Source: a virus
Lineage: Duplodnaviria > Heunggongvirae > Uroviricota > Caudoviricetes
Length of the DNA: 38,185 nucleotides
Direction: 5' to 3' (one strand)
IMG/VR virus record: IMGVR_UViG_2671181094_000002
Part shown: in pieces, positions 8,537 to 18,470 of the stretch
How the letters are laid out: each line of letters begins with the position of its first letter
Position numbering within the stretch: the stretch's first letter is position 1
Made by a program: the position numbers and the translations under genes
The notes under the pieces: model-generated
The model's input: the letters and a program-made list of their open reading frames with translations, nothing else
Databases searched by the model: none
Told to the model about the DNA's origin: nothing

Positions 8537-10495
8537 TTACGCCGTACATTTCACCAGACCGCGGTGATCAACTGGCGCGACACCGGCGTCAATACGCACT
8601 TTCGTTGTCACGCCATCCACACTGAAGCCCTCCATCTGATCAATATATGGCGTATCCACACCGTTGAGATAAGCCACTTCAATTGTATCGGAGCCTTTTG
8701 ACGCAGCCAGGTAGAAGGTGGTCTGGCTGTTATCATCAAGACGAGGCTCTGCAATAACGGTCGCAAAATCTTTCACCGGGTTAATAATACCGGCGTTAAT
8801 GTCAGCCCCCTTGACACTTGAGGAGCGAATGACCTGGTTAGCAACAGACTCCATCGCCGTCGGTACCAGTACGAACGCAGGACGAATATTCAGATGACGC
8901 TCCCCCTCTTTCTGAACGCGCATCAACTGGCGGGCTTTATCCAGCGATGCCACGTCCATTGCAGCGCTCTCCAGTACGTTTGCATGTTTCGCTTTATCGA
9001 ACAGACTTACATTATCTGTGGAGATTTTCGGGTTAGACGTCAGAATGGCATAAACCAGATCGGCAATAGTGGATTTCGCCGCACGGCCCAGCTTCATCGG
9101 GACATCGGTCAGCATATTCAGATCATCATTGATAATGGCCTGACGGGTGATACTGAACAGCTCGCCATAGGTCGCCAGTGCAATAGTGGCCTGTTTATCT
9201 CCGGTGGTGACGTATTTATATTCCGCCCCTTCACGCACCTGACGCAGAGCACTGAAGCCCCCCATACCCACACGATGGGCAATTTTAAAATCAGACAACT
9301 GACCTTTCCGCGTCCACTGTTCATAGGTTTCAGGGGCATCTTCCCAGCCCTGCAGAATGGCTTTGTTCGCAACATCCAGCAGAATATTACCGAAGTCAGA
9401 CGTACTGTGTGTGAACGCCGCACCGACCATCTGCATCGGGTTATAACTGGAAACCCCAATACCCCGTTCAGTCAGTGACATACGGGCATATTCACGCAGG
9501 GTCATCCCGTTGTAGACATTATCACGTTCGGTTTTTTCAAATCCGGCACGCGCCATCAGCGCCTGGCGGATCCCGTCCCCCACAAAATTACCGTTACCGG
9601 CATAAATATGAGCCGGGGTATTTTTATTGGATGGCGTGGACTCGCGCCCCATCTCGTTCAACAGCTTTTCGCGGGCCTGCTCCAGCGAACATTCAGGATC
9701 GGCAAGACACTGAGCCTGCAGCGTCTGATAACGCCCGCCAAACATGGCAAACAGATCATTAATACCGTTTACACGCGCTTTTTGCTCTGCCAGTACCTGC
9801 GCACGGATACTGTTTTCATCCACCACGGGTGCTGCTGCCTGCACTGGCGTCCGGGAGGCTGCAGGTTCATTATCCTGTACGCGTGGAGCACTGTTACGTG
9901 GCGGAGTAATCATGTTTCGAATGGATTCCGGCATCTTTTTAAATTCCTCTGTACGTTTTGACTGAATACATGCCATTGCCTTAACGGCTGGCGTCACCTG
10001 ATCAGCAAATCCCTGTGCCAGACATTCGGCACCGGACATCCAGGTCTCATCCGCCAGCATGGCAGCAATTTCATCGGTGGTTTTCCCGGTTTTCTGTGCA
10101 TAAGCGGGTAACAGAACAGCCTCAACCTTATCGAGCAGGTCGGCATAGGTGCGCATGTCCTCCGCATCACCGCCCGTAAAGCCAAATGGTTTATGAATCA
10201 TCATGAAGGTGTTTTCCGGCATAATGACCGGGTTTCCCACCATCGCAATGACCGACGCCATTGACGCCGCCACACCGTCGACATAAACGGTAATGGACGC
10301 ACCATGTGTTTTCAGTGCATTAAAAATGGCGATGCCTTCAAAGACATCGCCACCCGGTGAATTGATATGGAGATTAATGTGGGTGATATCGCCCAGTGCA
10401 TTCAGATCACTGATAAACTGCTTCGCCGTAACACCCCAGAAACCAATCTCGTCATAAATATAAATATCCGCGTCACTCTGGTGACCAGCCTGCAT
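8537..10495 (-). CDS. Prohead protease (ClpP/S49-like) - scaffold - major capsid protein encoded in a single ORF
   Basis: ORF track 8537..10756; probable start MQAGHQSDADIYIYDEIGFWG at 10495 just after portal stop; N-terminal region has ClpP/S49-like motifs (INSPGGDV, ASMASVIA), then Ala/Gln-rich linker, then about 350 aa capsid-like domain. Confidence 0.75.
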   Translation of the reverse strand: MQAGHQSDADIYIYDEIGFWGVTAKQFISDLNALGDITHINLHINSPGGDVFEGIAIFNALKTHGASITVYVDGVAASMASVIAMVGNPVIMPENTFMMIHKPFGFTGGDAEDMRTYADLLDKVEAVLLPAYAQKTGKTTDEIAAMLADETWMSGAECLAQGFADQVTPAVKAMACIQSKRTEEFKKMPESIRNMITPPRNSAPRVQDNEPAASRTPVQAAAPVVDENSIRAQVLAEQKARVNGINDLFAMFGGRYQTLQAQCLADPECSLEQAREKLLNEMGRESTPSNKNTPAHIYAGNGNFVGDGIRQALMARAGFEKTERDNVYNGMTLREYARMSLTERGIGVSSYNPMQMVGAAFTHSTSDFGNILLDVANKAILQGWEDAPETYEQWTRKGQLSDFKIAHRVGMGGFSALRQVREGAEYKYVTTGDKQATIALATYGELFSITRQAIINDDLNMLTDVPMKLGRAAKSTIADLVYAILTSNPKISTDNVSLFDKAKHANVLESAAMDVASLDKARQLMRVQKEGERHLNIRPAFVLVPTAMESVANQVIRSSSVKGADINAGIINPVKDFATVIAEPRLDDNSQTTFYLAASKGSDTIEVAYLNGVDTPYIDQMEGFSVDGVTTKVRIDAGVAPVDHRGLVKCTA

Positions 10496-10508
10496 CCTGA
10501 ACCAGGAA

Positions 10509-12089
10509 TTATTCTTCGGACTGGTTGTTGGTGTGCTGCGGCTCCTGTCGTTTCGTTGCGGCACTGCTGCCTCCTTTATCACTGGCCGGATCGGTATCAA
10601 ATACCAGATCCAGCTTGCGGTTTTCATCAATTTCGGCCTTGCGCCGACGTTTGACATCATCCGGATTACGACCACCAGCACGTACCCAGTCTGATTCTGT
10701 CGCCGCTCCACCACGAATCTGGATTTTCCAGGCCTCAGCCTCCTTAACAGGGTCAATCCACGGCATCACCGGTCCGGAATACACCGCGGTATACAGTGAA
10801 GAACGATCAAGATCGCGGGGTAGCCTGATAACACCGGATGCCACAGCCTGTTTCAGCCAGGCACGGTACATCGGGCGGGTGACGGCACCAATAAACCAGT
10901 CCTGCAGGATCAGGTAGCCATCAGTAGACTCAACCAGCTCCTGACGCTGGGCGCTGTAAGTGCCGTTATAGTTGCGCGCTGTACTGGAAAAACTCAGACG
11001 ACTGCCAGCCGCCACTGCACGCAACTGACCATTACGAAAAGTTTCAAGATTAGGATTGGGACGATCCGACTTCACCATTCCGATTTCTTCGCCGGGTTTC
11101 AGATCGTCGTAAATAATGCCTGGCTGAATGGTAAGCTCGCGTTCCTTATCCTTGCTGCCATTACCATCCGGTTCATAGCTCTGCCCGTCGCCTTTCCGGA
11201 TGTACATCCCCAGAGCAGCGGCGATCCTTGCTGCAGTCAGCTCAGAATCTTCATACTCTTTCAGAGCACTGAGGCGGATCAGCACACCGGACAACAAAGA
11301 CGTCCCGCGCATCTGGTGCAGACGGCGAACAAATTTAAGATGCAGCATTCGCTCTGCATCCACTTCTTTGGTTTCCATCTGCCGTCCGGATACAGGACGA
11401 CTTTTATACACCAGATATTTTTCGGGACGCCCCCAGTCATCAACAAACACGCCCTGATTCAGCCTGTTGCTCTCATCACTGGTCATGGGAATAAAGTCCG
11501 GCTCGAGTGCCTCCAGCCAGAAATGAACACCGGCAGAAGGCGTCAGGCTGTTTATGCGCCCGGAAACCATCTGGGCAAACACCTCACCATCGCGCAGCCA
11601 GGTACGCAGCATCAGACGTTCGAGCATCGGACGGGTAAACTGCCCGGTGACTTCCGGACTGACAGACCATTCACTCCATCGGGTGCGTATCTCCGCTGCC
11701 AGATCACGGGCAATGGCCCCATTGCGTAATACCGGATGTGGCTCGACAATAATCCCGTTTTTCCCCACCACCCGTTCTTCCAGCTTGTCAAATACACCAA
11801 TGACCAGATCGTGGTTGTTATCAAGGTAACGGGCCTGCTCACGTAACGACACGGCCCCGTACTGGCTTAACTGGTCGGCAGTTCGGTTCTCCCGTCGGGC
11901 TTTGTGTGTCCGCGTCGTTTTTACGGCCTCATAAGCCTGAATCACCGCACGGGAACGCAGCCTTGCCGCTTTCCATCCTGGTGAAAAAACGCCAATCACA
12001 TCATCAAGAATTGCCATCAGAACCTCGCCAGCCGGTACCCGGGATGCCCCCGTCGTCGTGTAATCAGAGCCGCAAGGCGGCGCTCCCAC
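10509..12089 (-). CDS. Portal protein
   Basis: 526-aa ORF immediately downstream of W and terminase, upstream of protease/capsid; size and position as lambda gpB; track start is a GTG, an internal ATG (MAILDDV) near 12017 is an alternative. Confidence 0.8.
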   Translation of the reverse strand: MGAPPCGSDYTTTGASRVPAGEVLMAILDDVIGVFSPGWKAARLRSRAVIQAYEAVKTTRTHKARRENRTADQLSQYGAVSLREQARYLDNNHDLVIGVFDKLEERVVGKNGIIVEPHPVLRNGAIARDLAAEIRTRWSEWSVSPEVTGQFTRPMLERLMLRTWLRDGEVFAQMVSGRINSLTPSAGVHFWLEALEPDFIPMTSDESNRLNQGVFVDDWGRPEKYLVYKSRPVSGRQMETKEVDAERMLHLKFVRRLHQMRGTSLLSGVLIRLSALKEYEDSELTAARIAAALGMYIRKGDGQSYEPDGNGSKDKERELTIQPGIIYDDLKPGEEIGMVKSDRPNPNLETFRNGQLRAVAAGSRLSFSSTARNYNGTYSAQRQELVESTDGYLILQDWFIGAVTRPMYRAWLKQAVASGVIRLPRDLDRSSLYTAVYSGPVMPWIDPVKEAEAWKIQIRGGAATESDWVRAGGRNPDDVKRRRKAEIDENRKLDLVFDTDPASDKGGSSAATKRQEPQHTNNQSEE

Positions 12090-12235
12090 TCCTGCCGCCC
12101 CTGCCGGATCTCAGATAAGTTTTCCATGGTCATCTGCTGACCATTAAAGGTGACGGATTTTCCGTCCAGCACCGCCATTTCAGCTTCCGTATAACGCTGA
12201 ATCATGGCTTCAATATCATTCTGATTCATAACCAT
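12017..12235 (-). CDS. W: Head-tail joining protein W-like
   Basis: 72-aa ORF between terminase large subunit and portal; C-terminal RRRGHPGY resembles lambda gpW C-terminus. Confidence 0.7.
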   Translation of the reverse strand: MVMNQNDIEAMIQRYTEAEMAVLDGKSVTFNGQQMTMENLSEIRQGRQEWERRLAALITRRRGHPGYRLARF

Positions 12236-14328
12236 CCTCCGGAAGTCAGCCAGGGGTTAACATCGTCAGTTACTGTTTTCTTCCGTTTTTGTTTTTTAAC
12301 AGGCGTGGATACCGGTTCCGGTGAGGGTGACGGTTCGGTACTGTCCGGGACACACTCCAGCCAGGTTTCCCGGCTCGCCCACTCCGGTGCATCCGGCCAG
12401 CGGATATTTTCGTATCCATGCAGAATGACCAGAGCCTCGGCATACACCATCAGGTCAAAAGCTTCGTTGGTACCGCGACCCGGCTTACTCCATTTCCCGT
12501 CACTGCTCCGCTCTTCATACGTCAGTTCGTCGTAAAACCAGCTCCCCAGCCAGTCAGGGAAATGCACATAGCCTGGACCTGGCGAGTCACGCCATAACGC
12601 GTTATTCACCCGGTCTTTCAGGGCATCCGTCTGCAGAAGCCAGAGCGGCACATCACCTGCGGCCTGCGCCCGGCGGCCCGTTCGTCCGGTGTTATCAGGG
12701 AATGTACGGCTGATCAGTTTTGCGCGCCGGATGCTGTCACCCTTAAACAGGTAAATACGTTTACCAAGGCCATCACGACGGCAACGACGCCAGAATTTAT
12801 AGGCATTATCAGTGACCCCGTCTTCACCGCCGGAGTCCACCGCCATTGCCATCAGTCGCATTTGTTGAGAAGGATCGGAGGCCAGCGGCCAGCTTTTATG
12901 AAAAACATCCGTCAGCAGGACATCCCAGTCTTCCGGATAGCTGGCCGGATCAATTCGCTGGCTCTCCCCGTCGCTGTCACCGCGCAATGACTGCGTGATG
13001 TTGTAACGATCAATAATCCAGCGTTCGCCACGGCTGCCATAGCCCGTTACCTGAACCACAAAACGGCGATGACGTCCCGCCTGCACATCCACTGTCGCCA
13101 CAAGGAAATTAACGCCATCCGGCACACTGCGGGAAGGAACTGGCTCTGCCCGCTGCTCAAGCAGTTCACTTTTTCGTTGCTCCATGCTGGCGCGGGGAAG
13201 ATAAGGTAATCCCCAGTCAGTATTGATAACCGTCTTGAGTGTTTCTTCACTTCCGGTTGTCTCGTATTCCTGTTCTGCAGTAAGCAGTTTGTAAACGAGT
13301 TGCGAGAGTGTCTGGTAAGCAGCTGCCGGACCCTCCATCCAGAATGACGCAATACGTGAGCGTCGGGGATCACCATAACGACTGCCATCCGCATTGATGG
13401 ATTCACCATCCCGCAACCAGACCCCACGTCCGTTCAGCTCACGTTTTTGTTCAGGCATAATCCGTCCTGAACAGGAAGGACACTGAATATAAGCCGCCTC
13501 ACTTGCCAGCACGGGATCGGCAATATCACGGAAACCAGCAACCACATCGCCGCAGGGCTGAAAATACTCACCACAGTGTGGACAGGGCCAGTACCAGCGA
13601 CGGCGATCGCCACGGTTATAGAGCGACAGTATCCCCGTGGTTGGTGGAGCCTCATGCGGTGAAGTCCGTCGCCATTTCACATCCTTCACATCCCTGCCGG
13701 GGGAACTCTCCACCAGCGTCATACCGCTGGACATAAATGTGGTGGTACGTTTTGAGGCAAGAGAGAAGGCATCCCCCTCGCCATCAATATCTTCCGGAAA
13801 ACGGTCATAATCCGTCAGCGCGACGCATTTATAATCTGATGAGGACATGATATTGACTGACGGCCAGCCGATTTTCAGGTAGTTGCCAGCAAGGAATGTT
13901 CTGTCATAAACGTTGTTGTCATTTTTGTTCGGACTCAGGCGACTGACCACTTCCGGGCTGACGCGAAACGTTCTGGCGAGTCGTTTTTTAGAGTGTTCGC
14001 GGGCTTTTTCCTCCGTCATCTGAATGATCAGCATATCCGCAGGATCGCAAATCACGTTGTAAATCACCCAGCCGTCAATCAGGCCGATAGTCTTGCCGGT
14101 TCGTGCCGGGCCAACAAATATCACTGCGTCGTATTCACGCGAGGCCAGGCAGTTCATCGGCTCAATAACATACGGTGCCACCAGCGGATCCCACGGGACT
14201 GAGTTCCCTGCCCCCATGGGCACCCGCATATACTGAGCAACGGCATCAGCAACCCGCATTCGTCTCGGTGCGCGAAGGATATAACCTGAATCGGTTCGTG
14301 CTGCCTTTGCGGTTTCCTGATTCAGCAT
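12226..14328 (-). CDS. Terminase large subunit (GpA-like, cos-type)
   Basis: 700-aa ORF with Walker-A-like VGPARTGKT and CPHCG zinc-ribbon-like motif, organisation like lambda gpA family. Confidence 0.85.
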   Translation of the reverse strand: MLNQETAKAARTDSGYILRAPRRMRVADAVAQYMRVPMGAGNSVPWDPLVAPYVIEPMNCLASREYDAVIFVGPARTGKTIGLIDGWVIYNVICDPADMLIIQMTEEKAREHSKKRLARTFRVSPEVVSRLSPNKNDNNVYDRTFLAGNYLKIGWPSVNIMSSSDYKCVALTDYDRFPEDIDGEGDAFSLASKRTTTFMSSGMTLVESSPGRDVKDVKWRRTSPHEAPPTTGILSLYNRGDRRRWYWPCPHCGEYFQPCGDVVAGFRDIADPVLASEAAYIQCPSCSGRIMPEQKRELNGRGVWLRDGESINADGSRYGDPRRSRIASFWMEGPAAAYQTLSQLVYKLLTAEQEYETTGSEETLKTVINTDWGLPYLPRASMEQRKSELLEQRAEPVPSRSVPDGVNFLVATVDVQAGRHRRFVVQVTGYGSRGERWIIDRYNITQSLRGDSDGESQRIDPASYPEDWDVLLTDVFHKSWPLASDPSQQMRLMAMAVDSGGEDGVTDNAYKFWRRCRRDGLGKRIYLFKGDSIRRAKLISRTFPDNTGRTGRRAQAAGDVPLWLLQTDALKDRVNNALWRDSPGPGYVHFPDWLGSWFYDELTYEERSSDGKWSKPGRGTNEAFDLMVYAEALVILHGYENIRWPDAPEWASRETWLECVPDSTEPSPSPEPVSTPVKKQKRKKTVTDDVNPWLTSGGWL

Positions 14329-14822
14329 TACTCCTCCTGCTGTAATTCCTCCTCATCATCCGCACCTGCTTCGGTCACCCGCAGGGCTATCTGATCGCGC
14401 AGATCATCAATAATGGACTGAACACGGCTCACAGCGGCAGGCTGCAGACCGCAGTCACGTTCCAGAATATCCGGTAATGTCTCCAGCACCTGCACGACCG
14501 CTTTTGCCCAGATGGCAAACTCCCGTCTGACATCACTGGCCGGAATGAGTTGTGCCGTTTCCTGCTCGAACTTAAGACGCTCACGTTCAGACTGATACCA
14601 GGCTTTGCGCTCATGCGCGTCCATTTCGCCTTCTGCAACCGGCGGTGGTAATGCCAGAAATGCCGACACAATATCAACCACCCGATAAAGCTTGAGGTTG
14701 CTTTCATGCCCCCCTGCAACGGGTAGATTTTGCAGCCTTGCCGCAGCAGTCTGGCGATGTACACCTGACAGTGCCGCCAGTTGACTGATATTCAGCGTCA
14801 GATTTTTTAACTCTCGATCCAT
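14328..14822 (-). CDS. Terminase small subunit (putative, not Nu1-like in sequence)
   Basis: 164-aa ORF immediately upstream of and overlapping terminase large subunit; N-terminal HTH-like segment LTLNISQLAALSGVHRQTAAARL; acidic C-terminus. Confidence 0.55.
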   Translation of the reverse strand: MDRELKNLTLNISQLAALSGVHRQTAAARLQNLPVAGGHESNLKLYRVVDIVSAFLALPPPVAEGEMDAHERKAWYQSERERLKFEQETAQLIPASDVRREFAIWAKAVVQVLETLPDILERDCGLQPAAVSRVQSIIDDLRDQIALRVTEAGADDEEELQQEE

Positions 14823-14925
14823 ACCCGCTCCAGAATGTTTTAAACATGCATCTTGCGAACAACTTTAGGCAAACGGTGTTAGTGATGAACAAAAAACAAT
14901 CAAAATCGACACCACAAAAATAAAA

Positions 14926-14953
14926 CTACTGTAATATCAATCTATTACAGTAG
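14926..14953. promoter_or_regulatory. Perfect inverted repeat ctactgtaata-N6-tattacagtag upstream of the packaging genes
   Basis: 11-bp arms, exact reverse complements, 6-bp spacer, about 100 bp upstream of the terminase small subunit start in an otherwise non-coding stretch. Confidence 0.4.
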
Positions 14954-15140
14954 TGGTGATGACGAATGAAATTTCAAAAACTAGCCTTTTTCCGCGACGC
15001 TCCCGCCCCGTGGCAGGCCACCCCACCGGGAGGACCCGTCAGCCTGACAGCTCTGACGAACGTCTGATACAACGCCTTGCATGAATGGCATCGGGATAAT
15101 CCAGAAAGGCATAGCATCGCGCCCACAAGAATCTGTGTAA

Positions 15141-15356
15141 GTGTCCTGTTTCTTCCACCCCCGCACAGGACTGGCGAGCATGAGGGACAAACCCGCGAAC
15201 CATAAACGCGGTAAAAACCCGGTGTGCATCGTTTTTGATTATTCCCGCACACTCTCGCAGAAGGAGTTCCCCGTCGGGCTACGGTCTCTGTTAATACGGG
15301 AATACGGCGACGATACAGCGCATGATGTGTCAGGCTTGAATACCTTTATCCGTTAA
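15141..15356 (+). CDS. Hypothetical small protein on opposite strand between lysis and packaging genes (position of lambda bor)
   Basis: 71-aa ORF (possible internal start MRDKPANHKRGKNPVCIVFDY...); followed 40 nt downstream by a plus-strand hairpin with T-run; no family recognised. Confidence 0.25.
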   Translation: MSCFFHPRTGLASMRDKPANHKRGKNPVCIVFDYSRTLSQKEFPVGLRSLLIREYGDDTAHDVSGLNTFIR

Positions 15357-15395
15357 AAGGGATATCAGTTAAGTTATCCCGTGTAGGGTATAAGC

Positions 15396-15425
15396 CATTA
15401 TCAAAGCCACTCTGTAGGGAGTGGC
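15396..15425 (+). terminator. Rho-independent terminator-like hairpin
   Basis: aagccactc-tgtaggg-gagtggctt stem-loop followed by ttttgtaat. Confidence 0.35.
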
Positions 15426-15637
15426 TTTTGTAATGGCAATAAAAAGCCCCGCGAATACGAGGCTAAATCCTGGTATTTGTAATGACTGGCTCTTATTTCA
15501 ACGCAGCCCCTTACCGCGCGCCAGATGCTCAACTTCAAGCATCAGCAATGAGATGTTTAATCTGGATTCACTCCAGAAGTGATCACCACCCTGTCTACAG
15601 AGCCAGATGTGAAGGATGATGAGTAAAATTATCGCTA

Positions 15638-16117
15638 TCATCGAAGGCATTGCGTCCTGATATATTCCTGAAGCGTTCTCAGTGCTGTCTGGTCTCTGAT
15701 GATTCCGTCCCGGATACCGAGAACGTTTCGTCCAGCAACTGGAGAGAGTTCGACGGTGGCATCATTGCCCATGCCGGAGGCGCTGGAGGTTTCGGCTGAG
15801 GATGGCACAGAGCATTTTCCTTTGACGAGCACCCGACCACCATTATCAAGCTTGCGCCGAAGAGCATCATTTTTAGCTTTCGCATCAGCTAACTCCTTCG
15901 TGTATTTAGCATCGAGTGCATCAGCAGAACGCTGGCGCTGCTGCATGTCAGTAATGGTGGCGGTCGCCTGCTTCAGCTCACTGACTTTTTTATCTCGCTG
16001 TTCTTTGTAGGCGATGGCGTTATCACGGTAATGATTGACCGCCCACGACAGGCAGACGATGATGCAGATAACCAGAGCGGAGATAATCGCGGTTACTCTG
16101 CTCATTGTTGCCCCCAC
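15638..16117 (-). CDS. Rz: Spanin inner-membrane subunit Rz (i-spanin)
   Basis: 159-aa ORF with N-terminal TM segment ([16 protein letters not shown]) and coiled-coil periplasmic region, directly after endolysin gene. Confidence 0.85.
   Translation of the reverse strand: MGATMSRVTAIISALVICIIVCLSWAVNHYRDNAIAYKEQRDKKVSELKQATATITDMQQRQRSADALDAKYTKELADAKAKNDALRRKLDNGGRVLVKGKCSVPSSAETSSASGMGNDATVELSPVAGRNVLGIRDGIIRDQTALRTLQEYIRTQCLR
15679..15885 (-). CDS. Rz1: Spanin outer-membrane lipoprotein Rz1 (o-spanin), embedded in +1 frame of Rz
   Basis: 68-aa ORF fully inside Rz; lipoprotein signal with lipobox MVVGC, proline-rich [11 protein letters not shown] as in Rz1. Confidence 0.8.
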   Translation of the reverse strand: MRKLKMMLFGASLIMVVGCSSKENALCHPQPKPPAPPAWAMMPPSNSLQLLDETFSVSGTESSETRQH

Positions 16118-16599
16118 AAACAGACTTCACGCTCAATCTCACGGCGAGTCATCAGTCCTTTCCATTGATTACCGCCAGCGTATGTCCAGCGCCGTAGCTG
16201 ATCACATGCGCCTTTAATATCACCCTGGTTTATTTTGCGAAGAAGCGTCGATGTTCTGAAATTGCCAGCACCCACGTTGTAGACGAACGAGTAAAGAGCG
16301 CCGCGCGTTGTTTCCGGTATATCGACTTTGATGTACCGGTTAATTTGTCTGGCGACAGTGGCAAGGTCTTTATTCAGGAGGGCTTTGCACTCTGCTTCGG
16401 TATACGTTTTACCGGGAATGATGTCTTTTCCTGTATGCCCGTAACATACAGTCCATACACCAACTATGTCTTTGTAAGGATTATGTCTCACACCTTCCAG
16501 ACCATCGTTACCACTTGGGCCAGTGATTAACACAGATGCTATAGCAATAGCCCCGCCACCAATAGCAGCAGCAACAGCTTTTCGTAATGATGGAGGCAT
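16102..16599 (-). CDS. R: SAR endolysin (phage 21 R-type lysozyme)
   Basis: 165-aa ORF; N-terminal Gly/Ala-rich signal-arrest-release segment [20 protein letters not shown] followed by lysozyme catalytic region (E...D...T pattern), like R21 / DLP12 RrrD. Confidence 0.9.
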   Translation of the reverse strand: MPPSLRKAVAAAIGGGAIAIASVLITGPSGNDGLEGVRHNPYKDIVGVWTVCYGHTGKDIIPGKTYTEAECKALLNKDLATVARQINRYIKVDIPETTRGALYSFVYNVGAGNFRTSTLLRKINQGDIKGACDQLRRWTYAGGNQWKGLMTRREIEREVCLWGQQ

Positions 16600-16814
16600 T
16601 ATTCACCTCTCGCAGCCTTGCGCTTATCTTCTTTAATCTTGAAATAAAGGTTTGTCAGGTACGTCAGCAGGCCAAATACCAGGCTACCCAGCACACCTAT
16701 TGCTGCCCACTGTGAGGGCGTGACTTTATCGAGCAGCTGTAAAAACCAGTACCCGGCACTACCTGCTGAGGTGCCATAGGCGACACCCGTTGTTAACTTA
16801 TCCATGGATTTCAT
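16599..16814 (-). CDS. S: Pinholin S (phage 21 S-type) with dual-start motif
   Basis: 71-aa [29 protein letters not shown]... two TM segments; Met1 and Met4 dual start (holin/antiholin) as in S21 / DLP12 EssD. Confidence 0.9.
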
Positions 16815-17387
16815 AACCCCACCTCGCAGACAAAGCGGGTGTAAATTGAGGGAATACTACGAAACGTAACAGACTCGGAGTCAGTGAATAACTCAGGTAT
16901 TGGGTTATCAGCTAATATCGAGACTCAAAAAATGGAAAAACCCGCTCGACGGCGGGTTTAAGCTGTGTGACGAAGTAACCACTCTTAACAGCATAACCAA
17001 TTTTTTACGTACGTAAACCACTAAATGATATTTGCGAGAATGCTACCGAGTATTGAAAACACCACTACAAATACATAAGCAAATCTCAACAAATAACCAA
17101 CAAATAATTTCCAGCGTTACTTTTAGCCAATTTAAATTGAACCTTCAAATTATAGAGCGCTTATAAATAACAGCCATTAATATAAATTGGCTAATAGATT
17201 TATTTTTATTCAGCCAAGAGCCATGAATAGGATTCGATAGAAAAAAGTTCAGATAAAAATAGAGATCTACTTCACAAATTAAACGAGAAACCAAAACTTA
17301 CATCTTGAAATAATCACATTGATTAGATGAATATTTATCGCGCAGTGACATCATTTTTTAATAATAGTTCAAAAAAAAGGGCTCACG

Positions 17388-18470
17388 ATGAAAAAATTAA
17401 CAGTGGCAATTTCTGCTGTAGCTGCATCAGTACTGATGGCGATGTCTGCTCAGGCAGCTGAAATTTATAATAAAGACAGTAACAAGCTGGATCTGTACGG
17501 GAAAGTTAATGCTAAGCACTACTTCTCCTCTAATGATGCAGATGATGGTGATACTACTTATGCCCGTCTTGGCTTCAAAGGTGAAACCCAAATCAACGAT
17601 CAACTGACTGGTTTCGGTCAGTGGGAATATGAATTCAAAGGCAACCGCGCTGAATCTCAAGGTTCCTCCAAAGATAAAACCCGTCTTGCCTTCGCTGGCC
17701 TGAAATTCGGTGACTACGGCTCCATCGATTATGGCCGTAACTACGGTGTAGCATACGATATTGGTGCATGGACCGACGTTCTGCCAGAATTCGGTGGCGA
17801 TACCTGGACCCAAACAGATGTATTCATGACTGGTCGCACCACAGGTGTTGCAACTTATCGTAACAACGACTTCTTTGGTCTGGTTGATGGCCTGAACTTT
17901 GCAGCTCAGTATCAGGGCAAAAATGACCGAAAAGAAGTAACTGAAGCTAATGGCGATGGTTTCGGTTTCTCAACTACTTATGAGTATGAAGGATTCGGCG
18001 TGGGTGCAACCTATGCTAAATCTGATCGCACTAATAATCAGGTTATCTACGGTAACAACGGTCTGAATGCTTCTGGTCAAAATGCTGAAGTATGGGCAGC
18101 TGGTCTGAAATATGATGCGAACAACATCTATCTGGCCACCACCTATTCTGAAACCCAGAACATGACTGTTTTTGGTAATAACCATATTGCCAACAAAGCA
18201 CAAAACTTCGAAGCTGTTGCACAATATCAGTTCGACTTCGGCCTGCGTCCATCCGTTGCTTACCTGCATTCTAAAGGAAAAGACTTGGGTGTTTGGGGTG
18301 ATCAGGACCTGGTTGAATATGTTGATGTAGGTGCAACCTATTACTTCAACAAAAATATGTCCACTTTTGTTGACTACAAAATCAACCTGATTGATAAGAG
18401 CGATTTCACGAAAGCATCTGGCGTTGCTACCGATGATATCGTTGCTGTAGGTATGGTTTACCAGTTCTAA
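17388..18470 (+). CDS. nmpC: Outer membrane general porin, OmpC/NmpC/Lc family (prophage-borne)
   Basis: 360-aa ORF with signal peptide ...MAMSAQA|[16 protein letters not shown], porin signature and C-terminal VYQF; preceded by 570 bp AT-rich non-coding region and AAAAGGG SD; located between Q and S as nmpC in DLP12. Confidence 0.9.
   Translation: MKKLTVAISAVAASVLMAMSAQAAEIYNKDSNKLDLYGKVNAKHYFSSNDADDGDTTYARLGFKGETQINDQLTGFGQWEYEFKGNRAESQGSSKDKTRLAFAGLKFGDYGSIDYGRNYGVAYDIGAWTDVLPEFGGDTWTQTDVFMTGRTTGVATYRNNDFFGLVDGLNFAAQYQGKNDRKEVTEANGDGFGFSTTYEYEGFGVGATYAKSDRTNNQVIYGNNGLNASGQNAEVWAAGLKYDANNIYLATTYSETQNMTVFGNNHIANKAQNFEAVAQYQFDFGLRPSVAYLHSKGKDLGVWGDQDLVEYVDVGATYYFNKNMSTFVDYKINLIDKSDFTKASGVATDDIVAVGMVYQF

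Noticed and set aside
8894-9478. 194-aa plus-strand ORF
   Set aside because: Antisense to the protease-capsid gene; no ribosome-binding site or recognisable motif.
12100-12130. Apparent extra T in a T-run at the line junction near 12120 that would frameshift W
   Set aside because: The supplied ORF track shows W intact (72 aa), so this is most likely my own misreading of the run length; I trust the track coordinates here.
14926-14953. Possible LexA (SOS) box
   Set aside because: Half-sites CTGT and ACAG are present but separated by 14 nt rather than the 8 nt of the E. coli SOS box consensus; kept as an unexplained inverted repeat instead.
14974-15252. Two overlapping minus-strand ORFs of 82 and 92 aa
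   Set aside because: Cys/Arg/Gly-rich, overlapping each other in different frames, no start context; likely non-coding GC-rich segment near cos.
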